Assembly: GCA_041946805.1 (NCBI GenBank)
Contig: JBHGBC010000010.1
Coordinates: forward strand, 1-64,000
Length of the DNA: 64,000 bases
Reading direction: 5' to 3'
Source of the DNA: a bacterium
GTDB taxonomy: Bacteria; Hinthialibacterota; Hinthialibacteria; Hinthialibacterales; Hinthialibacteraceae
In this document: positions 38,033 to 46,018 of the stretch, piece by piece
Layout: each line of letters starts with the position of its first letter
How positions within the stretch are numbered: the first letter of the stretch is position 1
Notes under the pieces: generated by a model
Seen by the model: only the letters and a program-made list of their open reading frames with translations
Told to the model about the DNA's origin: nothing
Databases searched by the model: none
Translations under genes and position numbers: made by a program

Positions 38033-38989
38033 TCAACGCGGGCGCGCCTTCCATAAATCGTACAGTTGTTTCCATCCCACCAGTTTGACGCCTTGCGCCT
38101 CGATGAACCGCTTCATGGCGGGATCGGTGAAAATCCGCAAATCCGCGTTGCGTTGTTTCCACGAGCCGGTGATGGCTTCAATCTCGGGCGATTCCGCCGC
38201 GGGATGGATGATGATCTCGGACACGCCGGATTTCAAATTCCGGATGACTTCCTGGTAAAACGTCTCCGATTCCTCCACGGGCGTATCTTCGATCGAATAC
38301 AAGCCGTCCAACATCGGCCAGCCCCGCCGGGCCAGTTCCGCGTGCGTTTTCAAGTCATACCGGTCCCCGGCCATTTGCAAAATCTGAGGCGTGGGATTGA
38401 AAAACATAAAGGGAATGTCGTACTCTTCCGCCAGTTTCAGCGCCACCGCGAGAAATTCCTTCTTCGCGAACAACGTGCCCATGTGCGAGTCCAGGTGCGT
38501 GGGTTTCATGCCTTGGGCGAGGGCGTAATCGATCTGGGCGCGGACTTCCGTCTCGAGCTCTTCCGGCTTGGCGTTCTGCGCCACGGGGAGGACATCCCGG
38601 AACATGCAGCCTTGGGGATCCAACAGGCCTGGTACCGACAGGGCCGGGGCCAGGGGACGCCACCGGTAATATTTCCATTCCGCGGTGAGGGTCAGATGCA
38701 GCCCCAGGTCGGCTTCCGGGTGGTTCTTGGCGAAATCCGCGATTTCCAGAAACCAGGGGCAGGGAACCATGACGCTGCCCGCCGAAATGCTTCCCCCCTT
38801 GGCGGCCTCCATGAAGGCCACGTTGGACGAGTGGCACATGCCGATATCATCGGCGTGGACGATCAACAGCCGCGCGTCCTGGGGATAGCCCAACCGTTCC
38901 GCCACGGTTTGAGCGCCGGCGGCCGGCGCCGTCCGGATGATGCCCATTAGCATGAGCCAAACAATCCATCCTCCGCGTTGCCAAGGCAT
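38033..38989 (-). CDS. Secreted ChbG/YdjC-family carbohydrate deacetylase
   Basis: Signal peptide; HADDIG, GLHLTL, HLDSHM, IHP; GGAG RBS before 38989. Confidence 0.88.
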   Translation of the reverse strand: MPWQRGGWIVWLMLMGIIRTAPAAGAQTVAERLGYPQDARLLIVHADDIGMCHSSNVAFMEAAKGGSISAGSVMVPCPWFLEIADFAKNHPEADLGLHLTLTAEWKYYRWRPLAPALSVPGLLDPQGCMFRDVLPVAQNAKPEELETEVRAQIDYALAQGMKPTHLDSHMGTLFAKKEFLAVALKLAEEYDIPFMFFNPTPQILQMAGDRYDLKTHAELARRGWPMLDGLYSIEDTPVEESETFYQEVIRNLKSGVSEIIIHPAAESPEIEAITGSWKQRNADLRIFTDPAMKRFIEAQGVKLVGWKQLYDLWKARPR

Positions 38990-39171
38990 GGTTTTCGTCT
39001 CCTTTCTGGTTCTTTGCGTAAGCGCCATGACCGAATCAGCCGTTCGGTACGGTGCTGGTGATGAGGAAAGAGATCCACTTCAACTTCCCTCTTCCTCTGG
39101 GAGGGGGCATACGCAAGGGCTTATTCTCGAATAATCGGTGGTGATGTTGAAATGATTGTATTAACGCGATT

Positions 39172-39972
39172 TCAGGGCTTGTAATAAGCCATCGCTTCCG
39201 GGATGTATTGCTGAATGTTGGCGATGCGGCTTTCCGGCGCGGGGTGGGTGGAGAGAAACTCCGGCGGGCGCTGGCCTCCCACCTGGTTCATGCGCTGCCA
39301 AAAAGGCACAGATTCCCGGGGATCATACCCAGCCAAGGCCATCAGCGTCAATCCAATACGATCCGCCTCCGACTCATGTAACCGGTCATAAGGCAAAAGC
39401 ACGCCGACCTGGCTGCCCGCGCCGTAGGCTTGCATGAAGAGTTCCTGGGTTTTGGCCGGCTGTTGTTGCAGAGCGACCGACAGGGCCGCGCCCCCCAGTT
39501 CCACCAGCAAGGACTGGCTTAGCCGTTCGCTTCCATGGTTGGCGACCGCGTGGGCGATTTCATGGCCCATCACGACGGCCAGGCCGGTATCATCCCGGGT
39601 GATGGGAAGAATTCCGGTATACACGGCGATTTTACCCCCCGGCATGCACCAGGCATTGACGGTGTTGTCGTCCTTGATCACGTTGAATTCCCAGGAGTAA
39701 TTTTCCGTGGAATAACCTTGTGTCTTAAGATACTGCTCGGTGGCCGCGGCCAGCCGTTTTCCCACCCGCACGACGGGTTCGACTTCCTTGGAATCCTGGG
39801 AGATTTTGGCCTTGCCCAAGGTTTCCTTATACGAAGTCATGCTCAACTGAACCAGCTGGGATTCGGGAATCAAGGCGAGTTGCTGGCGGTGTGTCAACGG
39901 CGTCACGGCGCAGGCGAAAAGGGCCAGGGCCATCCAGACGGACAGGACCGGATACGCTTGGATTCTTTTCAT
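39172..39972 (-). CDS. M48-family metallopeptidase (probable lipoprotein)
   Basis: LFAC lipobox-like motif; NAWCMPGGKI, HEIAH, ESEAD, FLSTHP. The longer ORF-track start runs through the MITE. Confidence 0.92.
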   Translation of the reverse strand: MKRIQAYPVLSVWMALALFACAVTPLTHRQQLALIPESQLVQLSMTSYKETLGKAKISQDSKEVEPVVRVGKRLAAATEQYLKTQGYSTENYSWEFNVIKDDNTVNAWCMPGGKIAVYTGILPITRDDTGLAVVMGHEIAHAVANHGSERLSQSLLVELGGAALSVALQQQPAKTQELFMQAYGAGSQVGVLLPYDRLHESEADRIGLTLMALAGYDPRESVPFWQRMNQVGGQRPPEFLSTHPAPESRIANIQQYIPEAMAYYKP

Positions 39973-40087
39973 GATCGTGGAGCTCCCCTCTCTTTTCACT
40001 ACCATATGGGTTTCATGACGGATGATTCTATCCGATTTTGATCGGAAAATCACAGGATTGAAGGAAGACGCGCTCGAAAAGATGTAA

Positions 40088-40298
40088 GGCTCATCCGGCA
40101 AGTGCGTACCTTTTTTCAGACCCCCGGTTCGCATATCTTCGAAATGATCGATGAAAACCACCCCCAAAATTCCCTCTCCCACTGGGAGAAGGGTTAGGGA
40201 GAGGGTATTTTTGGAGGGGCGGATCTGAGTGTCCGCCCTCATCCCGGAGTGAATGGAATCGATTTTCCCTCATTAGGTATGCATTTCCCGGATGATTC
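40088..40298 (-). mobile_element. MITE-like 211-bp element, copy 3 (inverted)
   Basis: GGCTCATCCGGCAAGTGCGTACC...GGTATGCATTTCCCGGATGATTC; reverse complement aligns with copies 1 and 2. Confidence 0.85.
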
Positions 40299-40300
40299 AT

Positions 40301-40335
40301 AAAAAACGTCCCTGAACGGTTGTCCAGGGACGTTT
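40301..40335 (-). terminator. Intrinsic terminator
   Basis: AAACGTCCCTG...CAGGGACGTTT stem with a T tract on the minus strand. Confidence 0.75.
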
Positions 40336-40364
40336 GCCCATGGCAGGCCTGAAAGGGAATCGAT

Positions 40365-41051
40365 TTACTGTTCGTTCTCCAGATCTTCTTTCAATTCCTT
40401 CAGGATGCCTTCCAGCACCGCCTTTTTGATGGCTTTCGGATCCATCGGCATTTCCTTATTTTCCCATTTCTCAGATTTTTCCGGCTTTTCTATCATCTTT
40501 TTCATCGCTTTTTCCATTTTTTCCCCCGGCATGGGCGGTTGGGGCTGATGAGGGATGTTTTGCCGGATCGCCGAGAAGATTTCGTCCCCGTACTTGGCGA
40601 AAAACTGGTCGGTGATGCATGAAACCAGGAAAATCATCCCTTTGGGGATACGGATCTGGATATCGGGCTGGTTGCCCCCCGCCGGCTGAACGCGCACCTG
40701 GATGAAGTTGAGATCCTCGGGATCGTCCCCGTTGGCTTCGTCCACCCAGATCCGCGCTTGGACGGGGCCTTCCACCCGCACCAGGTCTTTCCCGCGGATC
40801 GAATCGAACTCACTGATGAGTTCATCCACCGCTCCTTCAATTTCCCCTCTGTCCTGAACCAGCTGGCCGGGAATCGACGTTTTCAGGGTTTGCAGCAGGG
40901 AAAGCGGGGCGCTGAAATTGATTTTTGTCCCATCCGGGGGATTGATTTCCGCCCGGATGACACTCTCCTGGGCCATGACACCGGTGGACGCGAATCCGAA
41001 TAGCAACATCAAGAGGCATCCAGACAGGGCTGTGAAGCGTACGTGTTTCAT
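40365..41051 (-). CDS. Hypothetical secreted protein
   Basis: AAGGAG RBS, Sec signal (VMA/QE), charged C-terminal tail. Confidence 0.82.
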   Translation of the reverse strand: MKHVRFTALSGCLLMLLFGFASTGVMAQESVIRAEINPPDGTKINFSAPLSLLQTLKTSIPGQLVQDRGEIEGAVDELISEFDSIRGKDLVRVEGPVQARIWVDEANGDDPEDLNFIQVRVQPAGGNQPDIQIRIPKGMIFLVSCITDQFFAKYGDEIFSAIRQNIPHQPQPPMPGEKMEKAMKKMIEKPEKSEKWENKEMPMDPKAIKKAVLEGILKELKEDLENEQ

Positions 41052-41174
41052 TTGATTTCTCCTTTAGTGAAAATATGGATAAGATAGGCTCTGTGTACTT
41101 ATACGAGAGTGGAGGAGAAGTTTTTTAAAGGATTTTTCATCCTGCGCAGCGATATCCGGTATAGCGCAAATTTT

Positions 41175-41208
41175 CCTTCACCCTGGCCTTTTCCCCGAGG
41201 GAGAGGGG
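41175..41208 (+). repeat. CCCTCACCC...CCCTCTCCC-GGGAGAGGG family palindrome
   Basis: One of about 14 intergenic copies in the window. Confidence 0.75.
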
Positions 41209-41334
41209 AATTGAGAAAGGATTGGATCAGCGGGCCACGCGCACTGCTAGCAGAGAGGATAAACAGGTGTCCGCGCAGGAAAAATCCTCTTACTCCTCCC
41301 ACTTTTTAAAGGAAAGGAAGCAATCAAGTGTGAT

Positions 41335-43392
41335 ATGAATGAACGCTATTGGAGTGATCCAGCGGAGAAACCGGAACACAATGCTCCCGGGCCGAATCAT
41401 TTTCTCCAGGAGGCGTTCGAGGCGTATCGCGCGCGCCGGTACAACCAGGCGGAACGGTTGCTGCGGCAGGCCATCGCGGCGGATTCCCAGGCCGTGGAGC
41501 CACGAATCCACCTGGCCAATCTGTTGCACAGCGAGGACCGGTATCAAGAAGCGGTGGATATTTTAGAACCCATCAAGGACGATCCCGCCGCCCGCGAGTA
41601 TCCCTGGTTCTTGTTCAAGGCGCGCTGGAACGCGGGGGACTATGCCGCCGCATGTGAAATCATCCAAACGCTGATCGATCGTGGCGAAACCACCCTGGAG
41701 CAGCAGAAGCAATTTCAGGAATGTGCCCGGCTGGGCGGGTGGTTCGCACTGGCGCGCCAATTGGCCCGGCGGTCGCGGGACTGGAAAAGTCTGCGGGAAC
41801 TTCGTTGGGCGGAATTGGTATTCCATCTCACCCGGTGGCTTCCGGGAAAATTCGTGCGCCCGGTCTTCCGCTGGACCGCAGGACGGTTCGAGCGGCGCGG
41901 CCGCTGGCAACGGCTGCGGTTGCTGCTGGAAGCCGCGCGCCTGGCCGATTCCAGTCATTATGAATGGCCCTTGCGGTTGGGACGGTTGTGCCGACAAACG
42001 CGGGATGTTTACGATCCCCAGTTCGCCCGGGAACGGATGTACTATAAAAACGCCCTTCGTTGCCGGCCCCGGGATCCGGAAGCCGCGCGCGGATTAATCC
42101 TGACGTTGCACGATATGGGTTTCTGGCGGGAGTTGCTGCGGATCATCGAACAACACAGTGATATACAGGCCGCCGGATGGGGGCAAAAAGTGAAAGCCGC
42201 CAGTCTGGTCAACCAGGAACGCTACGAGGAAGCGGTTCCCATGTACACGCGATTGACAGAGGACGAGCCGGAGGGATTTTCCCGATTCTGTCAGGGATTG
42301 ATCGCGCTGCAATGTGAGGATTGGCCGATCGCCGCCGAGTTGTTCGCGCTCAAGCCGCCAGATCGAAGTTTGAATATACTCTTCCAATTTTTTCATTTCA
42401 TATCCCTGCGTCTTGCCGCCGGGGAAGCGGCCGAAACCATCGACGGCCAGGAAATTCTGGATTCCATCTCGTCTCTGGAAATGATCGAGACCAGCATTCC
42501 CCGGCCCTCCCGCCTGGATGCGTGTTTCCTGTGCGGGTGGAACGGCCCCCGGGAATCCTTGTGGCAAGACCGGACCACGAAATGGATCCGCGTTCGATGT
42601 CCTCGGTGTTCCATGATCTCGGTCGCGCCCATCCCCGGTCCGGATCAAACCAACGCGTTATACACCAGCGGCGCCCGCCGGGAACACGTGTTGCAGCGGC
42701 AATACAAGGAAAGCGTCGAGAACTTGAGCCAGGCGCGGGAAGGGGATTGCCGGCGTTTGCCGCTCTTCCGGGACATCACCGAATGGGGAAACGATTTCGA
42801 CTGGCCGGCGTTTGAGCGGTCCCTGGGGGAGGAAAAACGTTTTCTGGACGCCGGTTGTTCGGCGGGATACGCCGTCCTGGTGTTTCAGCGGTGCGGCTGG
42901 CGGGCGATGGGATTGGACATCGATACCGACGCGGTGGCCTTCGGCCAGGCCCGGGGAATCGATGTCCGTGTGGGTACCGTGGATACGCTCGATTCCTCTT
43001 CGCCCCGCTTTGATTTGATCACACTGATCGACATCATCGAGCACGTGGCGGATCCCGCCGCGTTGCTCCGTCAATGCCATGGATTGTTGAATCCCGGAGG
43101 TCTGTTGTATGTCAAAACACCTTGCGCGGACAGTCTGCCCCACCGGTTCATCGGATCGGAATGGCTGGAGGCAAGCGAGCACCTTCATTTCTTCAGCCGG
43201 GCCACCTTGCGCAAATTGTTGCTGGATACGGGATACGAAGTGATTTCCTTCAAGCAAACCATGGAAGCGCCGACGCCCTTTCTCCATCCCCACATCTGGA
43301 AAGAGCGTTTTTATCCGGAATGCCTGGAGCGATGGATGGACCGGCTGCGGGTGGGGGACACCATTCGCTTCCTTGCCACAAAAAAGCCGTAA
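41335..43392 (+). CDS. TPR protein fused to a zinc ribbon and class I SAM methyltransferase
   Basis: N-terminal TPR-like helices; CFLC...CPRC; LDAGCSAG, IIEHV, LNPGG, EHLHFF. Confidence 0.85.
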   Translation: MNERYWSDPAEKPEHNAPGPNHFLQEAFEAYRARRYNQAERLLRQAIAADSQAVEPRIHLANLLHSEDRYQEAVDILEPIKDDPAAREYPWFLFKARWNAGDYAAACEIIQTLIDRGETTLEQQKQFQECARLGGWFALARQLARRSRDWKSLRELRWAELVFHLTRWLPGKFVRPVFRWTAGRFERRGRWQRLRLLLEAARLADSSHYEWPLRLGRLCRQTRDVYDPQFARERMYYKNALRCRPRDPEAARGLILTLHDMGFWRELLRIIEQHSDIQAAGWGQKVKAASLVNQERYEEAVPMYTRLTEDEPEGFSRFCQGLIALQCEDWPIAAELFALKPPDRSLNILFQFFHFISLRLAAGEAAETIDGQEILDSISSLEMIETSIPRPSRLDACFLCGWNGPRESLWQDRTTKWIRVRCPRCSMISVAPIPGPDQTNALYTSGARREHVLQRQYKESVENLSQAREGDCRRLPLFRDITEWGNDFDWPAFERSLGEEKRFLDAGCSAGYAVLVFQRCGWRAMGLDIDTDAVAFGQARGIDVRVGTVDTLDSSSPRFDLITLIDIIEHVADPAALLRQCHGLLNPGGLLYVKTPCADSLPHRFIGSEWLEASEHLHFFSRATLRKLLLDTGYEVISFKQTMEAPTPFLHPHIWKERFYPECLERWMDRLRVGDTIRFLATKKP

Positions 43393-43445
43393 AGGGGAAC
43401 ATTTAAGCGGAGAAGGGAATCGACGGATCCGGCAGGAGAAGAATC

Positions 43446-44111
43446 TCACCCGTTGGCGGGAGTGGCGGACCGCTTTGGATCCGCAACGCGGGTGACGATG
43501 TTCACCGCGTCCACCGCGGTCTGCCCGTAGAAATCGCAGCCGGTTTTATCCGCCAGCATTTGCGAGGCCGCCGCGCCGCCGACCATGATAGCCACCTGGT
43601 TCCGCACTCCGGCCTGGCGGAGCGCCTCCAAGGTGTTGGTGATCGACTTGTAACAGGTGGTGAGCAGCACGCTCATGCCCAGCACCTGGGGCTTGTGGGT
43701 CTGGATGGCTTCCACGAAGCGGCCGGGGGCCACGTCGATGCCCAGGTCGATCACCTCGTGGCCCGAGCCGCGCAGCATCATGGCCACGATGTCTTTGCCG
43801 ATATTGTGGATGTCGTTCTGCACCGTGCCCAGCACCACCCGGACCGCGCCCTCCTTGGTCACGGCCGCGCCTTGCAGGAGCGGTTCCAACTCCACCATAA
43901 GGCCTTCCATGATTTTCCCGGCGAGAAGCAGCTCGGGGATGAAGCATTCGCCCTCGTCGAAGCGCTTGCCCAGGCTGGCCATGCCGGCGTGGCATTGCGA
44001 CAGGATCTGAGGCGCCGGCACGCCCTCGTCCACCAGGTTTTTGGCCAAACGCTTCGCTTCTTTCTCGTTCAAGGTGCACAGAGCCATCGCCAGATTGCCA
44101 AGCTCATTCAT
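43446..44111 (-). CDS. Corrinoid (cobalamin-binding) protein
   Basis: Cap domain (GECFIPELLL) plus NDIHNIGK (DxHxxG), SVLLT, MVGG. Confidence 0.93.
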   Translation of the reverse strand: MNELGNLAMALCTLNEKEAKRLAKNLVDEGVPAPQILSQCHAGMASLGKRFDEGECFIPELLLAGKIMEGLMVELEPLLQGAAVTKEGAVRVVLGTVQNDIHNIGKDIVAMMLRGSGHEVIDLGIDVAPGRFVEAIQTHKPQVLGMSVLLTTCYKSITNTLEALRQAGVRNQVAIMVGGAAASQMLADKTGCDFYGQTAVDAVNIVTRVADPKRSATPANG

Positions 44112-44123
44112 CAGCCGATCTCC

Positions 44124-44294
44124 TTAAAATTGAATCAGGCAAAACCAGATGTAGAGATACGCCAGGCTGTCCATATCTTCCCAGGCCTTTTGCACGATCT
44201 GTTCATCGCCCGATAGTTTTTCGTATTCATTCCGGCGGTCTTCCCAAGGAACGCAGACTCCCGGCTTCAAGGGTTGTTTTTCATCGACTTTCAT
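44124..44294 (-). CDS. Small 56-aa protein absent from the ORF track
   Basis: MKVDEKQPLKPGVCVPWEDRRNEYEKLSGDEQIVQKAWEDMDSLAYLYIWFCLIQF; GGAAGGAG RBS; its TAA abuts the RBS of the next gene. Confidence 0.8.
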   Translation of the reverse strand: MKVDEKQPLKPGVCVPWEDRRNEYEKLSGDEQIVQKAWEDMDSLAYLYIWFCLIQF

Positions 44295-44331
44295 GGTTTT
44301 GCTCCTTCCTGTAATTCCCCCCGGACGTTTT

Positions 44332-45531
44332 TCAATACACGCCGTATTCCCGGGTGAAATCGGTCATCGCCCGCACGTTTTCGACCTGCGGCTCGTCCTG
44401 CATGATGGCTCCCGCGTCCATGATGTATCCCCCGTCCCGGGCCACGCCATCGATCACCTTCTTGCAGTAGTCCTTCACTTCGTCCGGCGTGCCGAGACAC
44501 AGGAGTTCGTTGGGAATGCCGCCGCTCAGGCAGAATTTGCGCCCCAGTTGCTTGTGCGCCTCGAAGATGTCGCCCCGGTCCACATGAAAGATGATGGAGC
44601 GCTCGGGCAGGCCGGCCACGTACTTGAGGTGGGGATCCCAAACGCCTTCGGCGTAGAACAGCACCTGGTGGCCGAGTTTCCAGATTTCCAGCACCATTTG
44701 CTTCAGGGTCGGCCAGTAGAATTGCTCGAATTGCTGCGGCGACAAGAAGGGAACGCAGCCGCGGTGCATCCAGAGCGCGATGGGGACATTCTTTTCCGGA
44801 TCGGCCCCCGCCAGGGCGTTGAACATCATGTGCGGCATCAGCGCCTCGCAAGCGGCCATGACCTTATCCGGCTGGCTGTACAGGTCCATGCACAGCGGAA
44901 CGAATCCGCGCAGCTTGTCCGCAAGGATATCGAAGGGCGCCTTCAGGCAGCCGGATATCGCCGAAACCGTTCCCGATTCCCGCCGCAGCCGCGCGTTCTG
45001 CTCTCCGAACTTGTTGAAATACGACAACATGCCCATCCCGCCCTTGAGCCAGGAGAGATTGTTGCGGTACGTGTTCGGCTGGCCGGGGGCGCGCGCGTCG
45101 TTGTTGACCCGGGGCATCCACACGTTGGCCAGGAAGCCCGTGGGGTCCTCGATCAAGAGATCGTATTCATCTGCCTTCATGTGGGCGTTTTGTTCGTCCT
45201 TGGGCTCCACGTATTGGAAGCCGCTGTCGGGCGGGCCATCGATCCCGGGTTTGATGTAATAATTCAATCCTACGGCGTCCACCAGCCCGGTCCAGACATA
45301 GACCATATTGCCGACCGTGGCGTCCCAGTCGAAATCGGCCGCGCATTTACGCACCGCCGCGAACGCCAGGTCCATGTCATGGGTGACTTGCTGGCAAGTG
45401 TAGCCCGCGTACTTGCCGGCAAATTCCGCCGCGAAGGGGCGGATGGGAACCCGGTCCGGTTTCTCGTTGCGCATGGCGGTGACATACCGCTTCAGCCGCT
45501 CTTGGTACAGTTGTTCCATTTTGTCCGACAT
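44332..45531 (-). CDS. URO-D-family corrinoid methyltransferase (O-demethylase MT-like)
   Basis: EKPDRVP, APFDILADKLRG, MHRGCVPFLS, FYWPTLK, GTPDEV; adjacent to the corrinoid protein gene. Confidence 0.88.
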   Translation of the reverse strand: MSDKMEQLYQERLKRYVTAMRNEKPDRVPIRPFAAEFAGKYAGYTCQQVTHDMDLAFAAVRKCAADFDWDATVGNMVYVWTGLVDAVGLNYYIKPGIDGPPDSGFQYVEPKDEQNAHMKADEYDLLIEDPTGFLANVWMPRVNNDARAPGQPNTYRNNLSWLKGGMGMLSYFNKFGEQNARLRRESGTVSAISGCLKAPFDILADKLRGFVPLCMDLYSQPDKVMAACEALMPHMMFNALAGADPEKNVPIALWMHRGCVPFLSPQQFEQFYWPTLKQMVLEIWKLGHQVLFYAEGVWDPHLKYVAGLPERSIIFHVDRGDIFEAHKQLGRKFCLSGGIPNELLCLGTPDEVKDYCKKVIDGVARDGGYIMDAGAIMQDEPQVENVRAMTDFTREYGVY

Positions 45532-45744
45532 CTGTGCTGCCCCCCGATCGTGCCATCTACTCGAATGGATGAGTTCACCTTACCACATCCCTGCCGGTAT
45601 TTTGAGTTGCACGGCATGGATTGGGGATGATTTTGTTGGAATAGGGGGAAAGGGAATCCAAGATGGGGTGCGATGATCAACGGCATGAGTGAAAGACGGA
45701 GCACAGGACAATGCCCCCCTGCTTTATGATCGTGTTTTTTTGGG

Positions 45745-45879
45745 GATTCATCCGGTAAGTGCTTACCTGAAGAAACCGGCCTCCCCTACCTTCCGGGGTG
45801 GAATATGACCAGGGATTGCAGGCTGGAAGCGTGCTCGACAAAAATCCCTCATCCGGTCCCTCTCCCAGGGGGTAGAGGG
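45745..45879 (+). mobile_element. Degenerate composite element (left TIR plus two hairpins)
   Basis: GATTCATCCGGTAAGTGCTTACCTGA...GCAGGCTGGAAGCGTGCTCGAC-AAAAAT-CCCTCATCCGGTCCCTCTCCCAGGGGGTAGAGGG. Confidence 0.6.
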
Positions 45880-46018
45880 AATCGCAAAAGGAATCGGAGT
45901 GATGGGTTACGCGCGGCGCGCCAAACCATTCTCCATAGCATCAACATGCATATTTACTTGATATTATAAATATACATCATTCATATTTAAAAAATAGATG
46001 AAATCGGTACGAGCCATT

